In this document: piece by piece, positions 38,954-49,221 of the stretch
Layout: each line of letters starts with the position of its first letter
Position numbering within the stretch: position 1 is the stretch's first letter
Source: an uncultured bacterium
GTDB taxonomy: Bacteria; Chloroflexota; UBA5177; JANWHV01
Reading direction: 5' to 3'
DNA length: 64,000 bases
NCBI GenBank assembly: GCA_963827235.1
Contig: CAWHAE010000012.1
Location: 1,504,001 to 1,568,000 of the forward strand
Notes under the pieces: model-generated
Database searches by the model: none
What the model saw: the letters and a program-made list of their open reading frames with translations, nothing else
What the model was told of the DNA's origin: nothing
Translations under genes and position numbers: made by a program

Positions 38954-40045
38954 ATGACGGACGCTTCGGGCGACCAGCGCGCACAACCGGCAAGCATGCG
39001 CCGCGCCGCGGTCAGCATTCGCGACGTGGCCCGCGCCGCCGGCGTGGCTATCGGCACTGCCTCGAAAGCGCTGAACGGGCAGGGGCAGCTGAAGCCCGAA
39101 ACGCGTGCACGCGTGCAGGAGGCGGCGCAACGCCTGGGTTTCAGCCCCAATGACCTGGCACAGAGCCTGCTGCGTGGCCGCACCTGCACGGTCGGCCTCC
39201 TCACGTCCGACAGCTTTGGCCGCTTTACCATGCCCCTGATGATGGGCATCGAGGACGCGCTCGGGCCGTCGCAGATCTCCGTCTTCCTCTGTGACGCGCG
39301 CGATAACCGCGAGCGCGAGGAGCTCTCGATTCGCTCGTTCCTGGCAAAGCGGGTGGATGGGATCATCGTCACGGCCAGACGCACCGATCCGCGCTGTGCG
39401 ATCGATCTGGGCAGGGCCCAGATTCCCATCGTTTATGCCTATACACACGTGCAGGATGAGAACGCGTCCTGCGTCCTGCCGGACGACACCCAGGGATGCC
39501 GGCTTGCTACCGAACACCTTCTCCAACACGGCCGCCGCCGTTTCGCCTACGTCACCGGACCGCTGCGTTTCATGGCCGTGCGCGAGCGGCTTCTCGGCAT
39601 GCGGCAGGCGCTGTCCGCGGCCGGGCTCGCGGTGCCGGACGAGCACGCTCTCTCGGGTACCTGGGACGAACGGTGGGGATACGATGCCGCTCTCCGGCTG
39701 CTCGCCACGGGAGTGGCGCTGGACGCGGTGGTATGCGGCAACGATCAGCTTGCACGCGGTGTGCTGGACGGCCTGCGCGAGCGCGGCGTGCGTGTGCCCG
39801 ACGACGTCGCGGTCGTCGGCTGCGACAACTGGGACGTGATCACAGCGGCCACCCGGCCGCCACTGACCAGCGTAGACCTGAATCTCTCGGAGCTCGGCCG
39901 CTACGCCGGGCTGCGTCTGCTCGCCATGATGGCCGGCGAGCACATTCCGGGCACGGTGCGCCTTCCCTGCCGCCTCGTGACCCGCAGCTCTTGTGGCAAC
40001 GATCACGCGGGGACGAGTGAGATGGAAGGAGGCGGTTCAGGCTAA
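38954..40045 (+). CDS. LacI family transcriptional regulator (paralogue 2)
   Basis: SIRDVARAAGVAIGTASKALN; long stretches identical to paralogue 1. Confidence 0.93.
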   Translation: MTDASGDQRAQPASMRRAAVSIRDVARAAGVAIGTASKALNGQGQLKPETRARVQEAAQRLGFSPNDLAQSLLRGRTCTVGLLTSDSFGRFTMPLMMGIEDALGPSQISVFLCDARDNREREELSIRSFLAKRVDGIIVTARRTDPRCAIDLGRAQIPIVYAYTHVQDENASCVLPDDTQGCRLATEHLLQHGRRRFAYVTGPLRFMAVRERLLGMRQALSAAGLAVPDEHALSGTWDERWGYDAALRLLATGVALDAVVCGNDQLARGVLDGLRERGVRVPDDVAVVGCDNWDVITAATRPPLTSVDLNLSELGRYAGLRLLAMMAGEHIPGTVRLPCRLVTRSSCGNDHAGTSEMEGGGSG

Positions 40046-40183
40046 AGACAGTGCATGCTGGCGACGCCACACGGTGACAGGTCCGACATGCGTGTGACGG
40101 CGTGCAGAGTGGCGAGGCCACCGTACGATGTCGATCCAAGGATCAGTTTCGTGTGAAGCCTGAGCATATGAGGTTTTCGCAAG

Positions 40184-41455
40184 ATGAAGAAGCGCGCAAT
40201 CATAGGAGCACTGGCACTGCTGGGCATGCTCGGCAGTGGCATCCCCGCCGTGCAGCCCGCGCATGCGGGTCCGATTGAGGTTTCGTTCTGGTCACGCGAT
40301 AGCGATGCCACTGTCGTGCAGGCGATGGCCAAGGCATACAATGCCAGCCAGTCTGCCGTCAAGGTCAACGTCACGATCATCCCTGCCGCCCAGTACTTCA
40401 CCAAGTTCGGTACCGCCGTGGCTGCCGGCGAGGGCCCGGATATCACAGCCATCGACCTCATCTATGTGCCCGCCTTCGCGGCGGCCAACGAGATGACCGA
40501 TATCACGTCGCTGGCCAAGGCGCTGCCGTTCTACAAAGAACTCAGCCCATCCCACACTCGCCTGGCCACCTACAACGGCAAGCAGTATGCAGTGCCATTC
40601 ACCGCCGAGGGCTCGATCCTCTTCTATAACAAGGATCTCTTCGCCAAGGCCGGCCTGGATCCGAACCAGCCACCCACGAATTGGTCCGAGATCGAGCAGG
40701 ATGCCAAGGCCGTGGTGGCGAAGATGGGCAAAGGCTACTATGGCTGGGATTTCGCCAGCCAGTGCGCCGGCTGCAATACCTTCACCTTCCTGCCACTCGT
40801 CTGGGCCAGCGGCGGCGACGTGCTCTCTCCCGATGGCACCAAGGCCACGATCAGCTCATCGCCGCAACTCAAGGCCGCGTTGGCCTTCTACCACCGCATG
40901 TGGGCGGAAGGGCTCATGCCGCCTGGTGTAAAGACCGAGAACGCCACGACCTGGCTCACCGCCTTTACTGCCGGGAAAGTGGCAATGGACAGCTTCGGCG
41001 CGTTCGCCATCGCCACCGTGAAAGCCAATCCCAAGATCCACTTTGGCGTGACCTACATCCCCGGCCAGACTGGCGGCTGGTCCTCCTTCGCCGGCGGCGA
41101 CAGCATCGGTATCCCTCGCGGCTCGCAGCACGTGGCGCAAGCGTGGGAGTTCATCAAGTGGACGATGAGCCAGGCCGCCCAGGTAGATATCGTCGCCAAG
41201 AGCGGCACGGTGCCGATCCGCACCGACTACGCCGCGAACGTCTATTCCAAGCTCGATCCGCGCTATATCACGGCTGCGAGAGCCATGGCCTCCGGGCACA
41301 CTCCTTACAGCGTGCACTACAACGCCCTGTTCAACGACAACAACGGTCCCTTGGCCGGGTTGATCTACAACGGCGTCTTTGGCAACAACCTGGACCAGGC
41401 GCTCAGCACTGCCCAGGCCCAGTTCACGAAGATCCTTAACTCGCCTATCCAGTAG
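40184..41455 (+). CDS. Sugar ABC transporter substrate-binding protein
   Basis: Signal peptide, GKQYAVP, LFYNKDLFAKAGLDP, AWEFIKW. Confidence 0.93.
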   Translation: MKKRAIIGALALLGMLGSGIPAVQPAHAGPIEVSFWSRDSDATVVQAMAKAYNASQSAVKVNVTIIPAAQYFTKFGTAVAAGEGPDITAIDLIYVPAFAAANEMTDITSLAKALPFYKELSPSHTRLATYNGKQYAVPFTAEGSILFYNKDLFAKAGLDPNQPPTNWSEIEQDAKAVVAKMGKGYYGWDFASQCAGCNTFTFLPLVWASGGDVLSPDGTKATISSSPQLKAALAFYHRMWAEGLMPPGVKTENATTWLTAFTAGKVAMDSFGAFAIATVKANPKIHFGVTYIPGQTGGWSSFAGGDSIGIPRGSQHVAQAWEFIKWTMSQAAQVDIVAKSGTVPIRTDYAANVYSKLDPRYITAARAMASGHTPYSVHYNALFNDNNGPLAGLIYNGVFGNNLDQALSTAQAQFTKILNSPIQ

Positions 41456-41463
41456 GTAGAGTT

Positions 41464-41497
41464 CGGTACGCCCAGAGCACCGGCTCGGGGCGTACCG
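41464..41497 (+). terminator. Hairpin after the substrate-binding protein gene (stabiliser or partial terminator)
   Basis: CGGTACGCCC...GGGCGTACCG stem; no U-tract. Confidence 0.5.
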
Positions 41498-41624
41498 GTA
41501 GGCGCCGCGGTAGCCGCACGCCATCTGGCGGGCGTGCGGCTACCGGGCAGAGCCGGTGTATGCTGGATGCGACCCGGCTCGTACGCGTTCGCCGGCGCAC
41601 GTTCCAGTCAAGGTGGAGGCTGCA

Positions 41625-42545
41625 ATGGCTTTGGCAAGCAGGCGGCGCGTCACTGCATACCGCCGAAGCAGTGCGTTCAGTCGCCGCGCGTGGACCGGTT
41701 TTCTGTTCGTGCTGCCTGCCACGGCGTTCGTGCTGCTCTTCTTCATCACGCCGCTGGTGATGACCGGCTTCATGTCCCTCAACGACTGGCCTTTGCTCGG
41801 CAACCGGCACTTCACCGGACTCGACAACTACCACACGATACTCAGCGACAGTGTGTTCTGGCAGGCGCTTCTCTTCACGTTCAAGTACACGCTCGTCGTC
41901 ACGCCCGCCATTTTTCTCGCGGCCCTCGGCCTGGCGCTCCTGGTGCGACAGAAAGCCCCCGGTGTCGGCATCTTCCGTACCGCGTTCTTCCTGCCCGTCG
42001 TGCTCGGCTTTGCCGCCACCAGCTATCTGTGGCAATGGATGTATAACGACCAGACCGGGGTCTTCGACGGCGTGCTGCAAGGGATTGGCATCGCACAGCA
42101 GCCCCTTGAGTTCCTGGGCGACGCCTCGACCGACCTTATCTCCATCACCGTGATGGTGGTGTGGAAGACCGCTGGTTTCACCATGCTGCTCTTCGTGATC
42201 GGCATGCAGGCTATTCCCGAGGACCTCTTTGAGGCAGCCCGGGTCGACGGCGCCGGTCGCTGGGCAATGCTGACGCGAATCACCCTGCCGCTGCTGCGCC
42301 GAACCTTCGCCCTGGCGCTCGTCATCTCGGTGATCGGATCCGTGCTGGCCTTCGATCAGTTCTACATTCTGACTGCCGGCGGTCCCAACGACGAGACGCT
42401 CACCGCTGTGTACTGGATCTACAACAACGGCTTCACCTACTTCCATCTTGGCTACGCCGCCGCGCTCTCTCTCGTGTTGCTGGCCATCCTGATCGTCATC
42501 AGTGTGCTGCAGCTCTACTTGCTGCGCGATGACACGCAGTACTAG
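41625..42545 (+). CDS. Sugar ABC transporter permease (MalF-like)
   Basis: FTGLDNY, IPEDLFEAARVDGA, ITLPLL; GGAGG RBS. Confidence 0.93.
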   Translation: MALASRRRVTAYRRSSAFSRRAWTGFLFVLPATAFVLLFFITPLVMTGFMSLNDWPLLGNRHFTGLDNYHTILSDSVFWQALLFTFKYTLVVTPAIFLAALGLALLVRQKAPGVGIFRTAFFLPVVLGFAATSYLWQWMYNDQTGVFDGVLQGIGIAQQPLEFLGDASTDLISITVMVVWKTAGFTMLLFVIGMQAIPEDLFEAARVDGAGRWAMLTRITLPLLRRTFALALVISVIGSVLAFDQFYILTAGGPNDETLTAVYWIYNNGFTYFHLGYAAALSLVLLAILIVISVLQLYLLRDDTQY

Positions 42546-42567
42546 CGGCCGCGGGAGGTCGATTTCT

Positions 42568-43449
42568 ATGCTCGCCGGACAACGCTCGTCGATCGCTTTC
42601 GCTGGCCCACGCCGGCACCGGCTCCTGCCGCGTGCTGTGTACTATCTCGTCTGCAGCGTGCTGCTGTTCATATTCGTGTTCCCGATCCTCTGGGTGATGG
42701 TCAACTCGGTCAAGCCGCCCGACGAGGCGTCGGCCGCACCGCCGACCTTCCTGCCGACGCATCTCTCCTGGCAAAACTACCAGGCTCTGGGAAACATCGG
42801 CGTTGGCATCTGGCAGTATGTCTACAACAGCAGCGTCGTGGCGATCGCGACCGTCTCCGGCACCATCCTGCTCAGTCTGCTTGGAGGGTACGGGTTCTCC
42901 CGGTTCAGCTTCTTCGGCAAGAACGTGCTTTTCGTGGGAATCCTGATCACGCTGATGATCCCCTTCCAATCGATCGTGGTGCCGCTCTTCCTGCTTCTGC
43001 ACCGGATTCACCTGACGAACAGCCTCGTGGGCTTGACGCTTGTGTACATCACGTTCCAGATGCCGTTCTCGATTTTCTTGATGCGCAATTCGTTCGACGC
43101 GGTGCCCCACGAGCTCGAGGAGGCGGCGCTGATCGACGGCTGCACTCCCCTGACCGTGCTCTACCACGTCTTCCTCGCCGTGGTGCGGCCGGGCATCATC
43201 ACCGTGGGCCTGTTTGCCTTCTTCAACTCCTGGAACGAGTTTCTCGCGGCCCTGATCTTCATGACGGACTCGGGCAAGTTCACCCTGCCGGTCATGTTGA
43301 CGACGGTCCAGTCCAGTTACTTCGGGACGATGAATTGGGGCGCGTTGCAGGCCGGAGTGACCATTTCCATGCTGCCGTGCGCGATCATCTTTCTCCTGCT
43401 CCAACGCTACTATGTCGGTGGTCTTCTGGTAGGCGCGGTAAAAGCCTGA
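42568..43449 (+). CDS. Sugar ABC transporter permease (MalG-like)
   Basis: VPHELEEAALIDGC, SWNEFL, TLPV, GAVK. Confidence 0.93.
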   Translation: MLAGQRSSIAFAGPRRHRLLPRAVYYLVCSVLLFIFVFPILWVMVNSVKPPDEASAAPPTFLPTHLSWQNYQALGNIGVGIWQYVYNSSVVAIATVSGTILLSLLGGYGFSRFSFFGKNVLFVGILITLMIPFQSIVVPLFLLLHRIHLTNSLVGLTLVYITFQMPFSIFLMRNSFDAVPHELEEAALIDGCTPLTVLYHVFLAVVRPGIITVGLFAFFNSWNEFLAALIFMTDSGKFTLPVMLTTVQSSYFGTMNWGALQAGVTISMLPCAIIFLLLQRYYVGGLLVGAVKA

Positions 43450-43468
43450 TGGATTCGGAGGAAATACG

Positions 43469-45383
43469 TTGGCACAACGCAGCGTTGCCGGCGCGGACAT
43501 GACGCCGGTCGTGGACACCTCAACGAGCCCTCATGGGCGGCTCCGACCGGTCGGCCTTGGGGACGTTCGGCTGCGGGATCGCGTGTGGGAACCGCGCCGG
43601 CACGTCAACAGGACGATAACGCTGCCCAGCCAGTACCGGCAGTGCGAGGAGAGCGGACGGCTCGACAACTTCCGGCGCGCAGGGGGAAAGCAAGACGGGC
43701 CGTTTCAGGGTTTGTGGTTCAACGACTCCGACGTCTACAAGTGGATGGAGGCGGTCGCCTGGTCGCTTGCCACGCATCCCGATCCGGAGCTGGACGCCCT
43801 GCTGGACGGCGTGATCGCCGACGTCGCCGCCGCGCAGCGTCCGGACGGCTATCTCAACACCTACTTCGCGTTGAACAAGGGCGAGACGCCGTGGGCGGAT
43901 CTGCAGAAGATGCACGAGCTCTACTGTGCCGGGCATCTCATACAGGCCGCCGTGGCCCACCATCGAGCGACGGGGAAGCGCAGTCTGCTCGACGTGGCCG
44001 TCCGCTGCGCGGACAATCTCGCCGCCACCTTCGGGCCGGTGCGCTCGGGCACCGACGGCCACCCGGAAGTCGAGATGGCTCTGGTCGAGCTGGCGCGAGA
44101 TACAAGAGACGATCGCTATCTGCGGCTCGCGCAGTACTTCATCGACCAGCGAGGGCAGAAGGAGTCTACCCTCGGCGGCCACGAATACCTGCAGGACCAC
44201 GCTCCGGTTCGGGATCAGACGGAAGTGGTCGGGCACGCCGTGCGAGCGCTCTATCTCTACTGCGGCGTTGCCGACCTCTATCTGGAGACGGGTGAGGAGG
44301 CGCTGTGGCAGGCACTGCAAACGCTCTGGCACAACTTCCAGCAGCAGAAAGTCTACATTACGGGCGGCGCAGGGGCCCGTCACGAGGGCGAGTCATTCGG
44401 CGCCGGCTATGAGCTCCCGAATGAGCGGGCGTACAGCGAGACCTGCGCCGCCATCTCGCACCTGATGTGGGCGTGGCGCATGCTGCTGGCCACCGGTGAT
44501 GCCGCGTACACGGATGCGCTGGAGGTCGCCCTCTACAACGGCATGCTCTCCGGCATGGCACTGAACGGCGACGAATACTTCTACGTGAACCCGCTGGCCG
44601 ACCGCGGCGCGCACCGCCGCCAGCACTGGTTTGGCTGTGCCTGTTGCCCACCGAACCTGGCCCGCCTGCTCGCCTCACTGCCGTCCTACTTCTACAGCAC
44701 GTCCTCCGAAGGGCTCTGGGTGCACCTTTATGCCGACGGCGAGGTGTCGACCACCCTGCCGGGGATGGCGGCGATCGCGCTCAGCCAGCGCACGAGCTAC
44801 CCCTGGGACGGCGAGATCGAGATCACCGTCTCCATCGACGCGCCCGCGTCGTTCAGTCTCTTCCTGCGCGTGCCGGCTTGGGCAAGCGGCGTTGCCGCCC
44901 GCGTCAACGGCGAGCCGGCGGGCACGCCGGCCGTGCCGGGCACATACCTCGAGCTGCGCCGCCGCTGGGAGAACGGCGACATCGTGCGGCTCAGCCTGCC
45001 CATGGCCGTGCGGCTCGTGAGCTCCCATCCGCACGTCACCAACAATCTCGGCCGGGTTGCCGTCATACGTGGTCCGCTGGTCTACTGCATAGAGGCCGCC
45101 GACAACCCGGGCCTCGACGTGTGGGACGCCGTGCTGCCGGACGAGATACGACTGGACCACCTCATGGCAGCCGGATCTGCTCGGCGGCGTCCAGCTCCTG
45201 GTCGCCGACGCTCTGGTAGCGAGGGAATCCACTGCGGATTTGCCGCTGTACCGTCCCTACGGCAGTGCTGAGCCGGAGTACCGGCGTGTGCGGCTGACGG
45301 CCGTCCCGTACTGCGTCTGGGCGAATCGGGAGCCCGGCCCCATGCAGGTATGGATTCCCATACGACCGCGTTCTAGCCGATAG
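43469..45383 (+). CDS. GH127 beta-L-arabinofuranosidase-like glycoside hydrolase, frameshift near 45149
   Basis: FNDSDVYKW, HELYCAGH, GHAVRALY, AYSETCAA, CACCPPN. The C-terminus LTAVPYCVWANREPGPMQVWIP lies in a shifted frame ending at TAG 45383. Confidence 0.9.
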
Positions 45384-46443
45384 GCATCGTCCAGCCGTGC
45401 TGGTCGGGCAGCTTCCCATACTGGATGCCGGTTATCGTGTCGTAGAGCCGCTGGGTGAGATCGCCGATACGCCGATTGTTGATGATAATGCTCTCGCCCT
45501 TGTAGCTCAGCTCGCCGACCGGTGAGATCACCGCGGCGGTGCCGGTGCCCCACATCTCGACCAGGTGCCCGGCATGGGCGGCGTCGTAGACCTCATCGAT
45601 GGCGATCGGGCGCTCGGACACGGCGATGCCCCAGTCGCGCAGGAGGGTCAAGGCGGAATCGCGTGTCACGCCGGGCAGAATAGTGCCGCTCAGGGGAGGC
45701 GTGATCACCTCGTCGCCGATGCGCACCATGATGTTCATGGTGCCGACCTCGTCGATGTAGCGCCGGTGCACGCCGTCCAGCCACAGCACCTGCGAGAAGC
45801 CGGCCTTATGCGCTTCCTCGCCGGCCAGCAGGCTGGCCGCGTAGTTGCCGGCCGTCTTGGCCGCTCCCGTTCCGCCTTCCACGGCGCGGACGTAGCGATC
45901 GGTGACCAGGATGCGTACCGGGTTCATCCCCTCGGCGTAGTACGCGCCGACCGGGGACAGGATGATGTAGAGCAAGTAGTCCTTCGCCGGTCGCACGCCG
46001 AGAAACGCCTCGGTAGCCACGATCACGGGCCGAAGGTACAGCGAGGTACCGAACGCGCTGGGCACCCAATCGCGATCGAGATCCACCAAGGCGCGCAGAA
46101 GCTCCAGCACAGGCTCGGCGTCGAAGGCCGGAATGCACAGACGGGCGGCGGAGTTCTGCAGCCGTTCCAGGTGTTTGCGAGGCCGGAAGAAGCGGATCAC
46201 GCCGTCGACACCGCGGAACGCCTTGGCGCCGTCAAACACGGCTTGCCCATAGTGCAGCACCGCCGCGGCGGGGTCCAGACTGATCGGCCCGTACGGCACG
46301 ATGCGCGCGCCGGTCCAACCATGCGCGTCTTCGTACGCGATCAGTGCCATGTGATCCGTGAAGACGGTGCCAAACTGGAGCGTGCTGTCTTCCGGCTTGG
46401 CCTTTGGTGCGGCAGTCCGCGTCACGTCGATGGTCGTCTGCAT
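45373..46443 (-). CDS. ilvE: Branched-chain amino acid aminotransferase
   Basis: FGTVFTDHM, LHYGQ, SLYLRP, AKTAGNYA, EVGTMN, ILPGVTR, GTAAVISPVG. Confidence 0.93.
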   Translation of the reverse strand: MQTTIDVTRTAAPKAKPEDSTLQFGTVFTDHMALIAYEDAHGWTGARIVPYGPISLDPAAAVLHYGQAVFDGAKAFRGVDGVIRFFRPRKHLERLQNSAARLCIPAFDAEPVLELLRALVDLDRDWVPSAFGTSLYLRPVIVATEAFLGVRPAKDYLLYIILSPVGAYYAEGMNPVRILVTDRYVRAVEGGTGAAKTAGNYAASLLAGEEAHKAGFSQVLWLDGVHRRYIDEVGTMNIMVRIGDEVITPPLSGTILPGVTRDSALTLLRDWGIAVSERPIAIDEVYDAAHAGHLVEMWGTGTAAVISPVGELSYKGESIIINNRRIGDLTQRLYDTITGIQYGKLPDQHGWTMPIG

Positions 46444-46735
46444 GGCAGATCCTTTCACAGCAGGTGCAGGGGGAGAATACGGCTCATCGGGAAAGTGTAC
46501 CACCGGCGGCAGAGCCCAATGGCGCACGGCCTGATTCGGGCCCACCTGGGCATTGTGACGCATCGGCTTGTTGTCTCGCGACGACGGAAGCCATGCCCGG
46601 GATGACCGGAGGCAGTCGAGACGACCGCGATCCCAGGATCGGCGCACCGAAGCGCTGGATCACAGATTGCAAGTCTGCCCGCCTCGTTCTGGCGAGCGTC
46701 GCGGTGAGCGGACGCCGGCCGAAGGCGACGATCGC

Positions 46736-46811
46736 GTCACACGTTCGCCACACATTCGTCATCGATCCGGCACGGTGCGCACATAGTGGCGGCACATGGT
46801 CTCCCTAGACT
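46736..46811 (+). promoter_or_regulatory. GTCACA-like direct-repeat array with 11-bp period plus -10 (TAGACT) upstream of the MMPL gene
   Basis: GTCACA 46736, GCCACA 46747, GTCATC 46758, GGCACG 46769, GGCACA 46791. Confidence 0.55.
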
Positions 46812-46891
46812 GGTCCTTGAAGCTAGCCGCACACATACATGCCGCACTCGGCGCTTCTCGGAGTAGCCGGCAAGGGAAAGGTCGAAACTAC

Positions 46892-49039
46892 ATGGCTCGC
46901 CTTGCACGTTGGATTCTCGCTCACGCCCGCCTGGTGGTGCTGGCATGGCTCGCCGTCGCCGTGACCAGCCTGCTCTGCGTCTCCTCGGCCAGCAACGCCC
47001 TGTCACAAGCGTTCAACCTGCCCGGACAGCCGGGCTTCGAGACCGATCAGGCAATTCTGCAGACATACGGTAACGGAGGCGGCAATCCGCCCACGGTTCC
47101 GGTGATCACCCTGCTGGCCGGGACCACCGTGAACAGTCCGGGCGTCCGCACGCAATTGGGCGCCGCACTGGCGCGCGTACAGCAGGCAGTGCCCCGGGCG
47201 CGCATTGTCTCCTATGCCTCGACAGGCAGCCGGCTGTTCGTCTCCGCGGACGGCCGCACGACCTTCGCGCTGGTCTATCTGCCGCTCGATCCGGCCACCG
47301 GCAACTCCGCAGACCTGGTTGCGGTGCAACACGCGCTGTCCCGCGCCACGGTCGACGGTGCCCGGTTTCACGTGACGGGCGTCGAGTTGCTGGCCAGCGG
47401 CGGCAGCGGCGGCGGAAACTCCGCCCTCGTGGAGACGGTAGTCGGCGGTATCGGCGCGCTCCTGGTGCTGGCGTTCGTGTTCGGCTCGCTGCTGGCGATC
47501 GTGCCGCTGGGGATGGCCTTGGTCTCGATCCCGACCACCTTCCTCCTCGTGTGGGGTCTGACCGCGATCACCGACGTCTCCGCCATCGTGGAGTATCTGA
47601 TCGCGCTGATCGGGTTGGGCATCGCCATCGATTACTCCTTGCTCATCGTGCTCCGCTGGCGGGAGGAGCGAGCACGCGGCCTGTCCAATCACGACGCCGT
47701 GCTGCGATCGATGGAGACCGCGGGCAAGGCCGTGGTCTTCTCCGGGAGCACCGTGGCAATCGGCATGCTGGCGCTCGTGACGCTGCCGATCCCGGTCATG
47801 CGCAGCATCGGGTACGGCGGTCTGCTGATTCCGTTGGTGAGCGTGCTCGTGGCAACCACGCTGCTGCCGGCGGTGCTGGCATCCGCGGGTCCGCGCGTGG
47901 ACTGGCCGCGGCGCAGGCCGGAGCGGACGAGCCGGTTCTGGTCGGCCTGGGGCAGCCTGATCGTGCGGCGGCGCGGAGCCGCGGCAGCCGTGTCCGCCGT
48001 CGTGCTGGCGCTGATCATGCTTCCCGCCGCCTCCATGGTCGTGGGCTTTCCGCGGGCCACCTCGCTCGCCCAGTCCGGCGATGCATACGAGGGCTTGCAC
48101 GCGCTGGCGGGCAGCGGTATCGGCGCCGGGCCGTTGCTGCCTATCGAGGTGCTGGTGCGGCAGGCCGATCCGCGGGTGGTCGCCGCCGAGATGGCGCGCC
48201 TGCCCGACGTGCGCGGCGCCGTCGCTCCTGCCGGCACGGCATGGCGTGCCGGGTCGAGCACGCTGGTCGCCGTGGTGGCTTCGGCCGACGGCACGTCGCC
48301 GGCCGGCAAGGCCGCGTTGAGCGGCGCGCGCCGTATCGCCGCGCAGTCGGCCGGCAGCATACGCGTGGGCGGCGGGGCCGCAGAGAACTCGGATTTCCTT
48401 TCGGCGGTATACGACAACTTCCCACGCATGGTCGCGATACTGGCGGTGCTGACCTTCGTGCTGCTGGCACGGGCCTTTCGCTCCATACTGCTGCCTCTCA
48501 AGGCGGTGACTCTGGTGCTGGTGTCCGTGGGTGCCGCGTGCGGTTTCATGACCTTCGTCTGGCAGGATGGCCACGGCTCCGGGCTGCTGTGGGGCATTCC
48601 GGCCACGGGATCGGTGACTTCCTGGATTCCGGTGATGGTGTTCGCCTTTCTGTTCGGCATCTCCATGGACTACGAGGTGTTCCTGCTCAGCCGGATGCGC
48701 GAAGTGTACGATGCTACGGGCTCGACCACCGAGGCGGTCGTGCGCGGTATCGGCAGCACGGGCCGGCTCGTGACCAGCGCGGCAGTGATTCTCTTCCTGG
48801 CTTTCGGCGCCCTGGCGTCCGGACCCGAGGTCAACATCAAGATCATCGCCACGGGTCTGGCCGCCGGCATCATCGTCGACGCCACGGTGATCAGGATGCT
48901 CCTGGTGCCGGCGCTCATCTCCCTGTTCGGCCGCTGGAACTGGTGGCTGCCCGTGCCCATGGCACGCGTGCTCGGCATATCGTCCACCACGCCGGCGACA
49001 GCAGTGGACGAAGCACTCACGCTGGAGCGCATCGCCTGA
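46892..49039 (+). CDS. MMPL/RND family transporter
   Basis: GLGIAIDYSLL, AGKAVVFSG, FGISMDYEVFLLSR, TGRLVTSAA, GRWNWWLP. Confidence 0.94.
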   Translation: MARLARWILAHARLVVLAWLAVAVTSLLCVSSASNALSQAFNLPGQPGFETDQAILQTYGNGGGNPPTVPVITLLAGTTVNSPGVRTQLGAALARVQQAVPRARIVSYASTGSRLFVSADGRTTFALVYLPLDPATGNSADLVAVQHALSRATVDGARFHVTGVELLASGGSGGGNSALVETVVGGIGALLVLAFVFGSLLAIVPLGMALVSIPTTFLLVWGLTAITDVSAIVEYLIALIGLGIAIDYSLLIVLRWREERARGLSNHDAVLRSMETAGKAVVFSGSTVAIGMLALVTLPIPVMRSIGYGGLLIPLVSVLVATTLLPAVLASAGPRVDWPRRRPERTSRFWSAWGSLIVRRRGAAAAVSAVVLALIMLPAASMVVGFPRATSLAQSGDAYEGLHALAGSGIGAGPLLPIEVLVRQADPRVVAAEMARLPDVRGAVAPAGTAWRAGSSTLVAVVASADGTSPAGKAALSGARRIAAQSAGSIRVGGGAAENSDFLSAVYDNFPRMVAILAVLTFVLLARAFRSILLPLKAVTLVLVSVGAACGFMTFVWQDGHGSGLLWGIPATGSVTSWIPVMVFAFLFGISMDYEVFLLSRMREVYDATGSTTEAVVRGIGSTGRLVTSAAVILFLAFGALASGPEVNIKIIATGLAAGIIVDATVIRMLLVPALISLFGRWNWWLPVPMARVLGISSTTPATAVDEALTLERIA

Positions 49040-49044
49040 ACGAG

Positions 49045-49089
49045 CGGCCACGCTGGGCGGGGACGGAGCGTCCCCGCCCAGCGTGGCCG
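49045..49089. terminator. Perfect 21-bp GC-rich hairpin after the MMPL gene
   Basis: CGGCCACGCTGGGCGGGGACG-GAG-CGTCCCCGCCCAGCGTGGCCG. Confidence 0.7.
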
Positions 49090-49221
49090 TGAGATGTGCG
49101 CGAGATGGCGGTGCGCTATAGTGGGTGCACGGGTGGGCAACGACTTGCAGACTCAACACGCTTCAGCTTTTGTCCGGCGACCTAGCGCCGTCGACGCCGG
49201 TAGACCAGGGAGAACCGGGGC

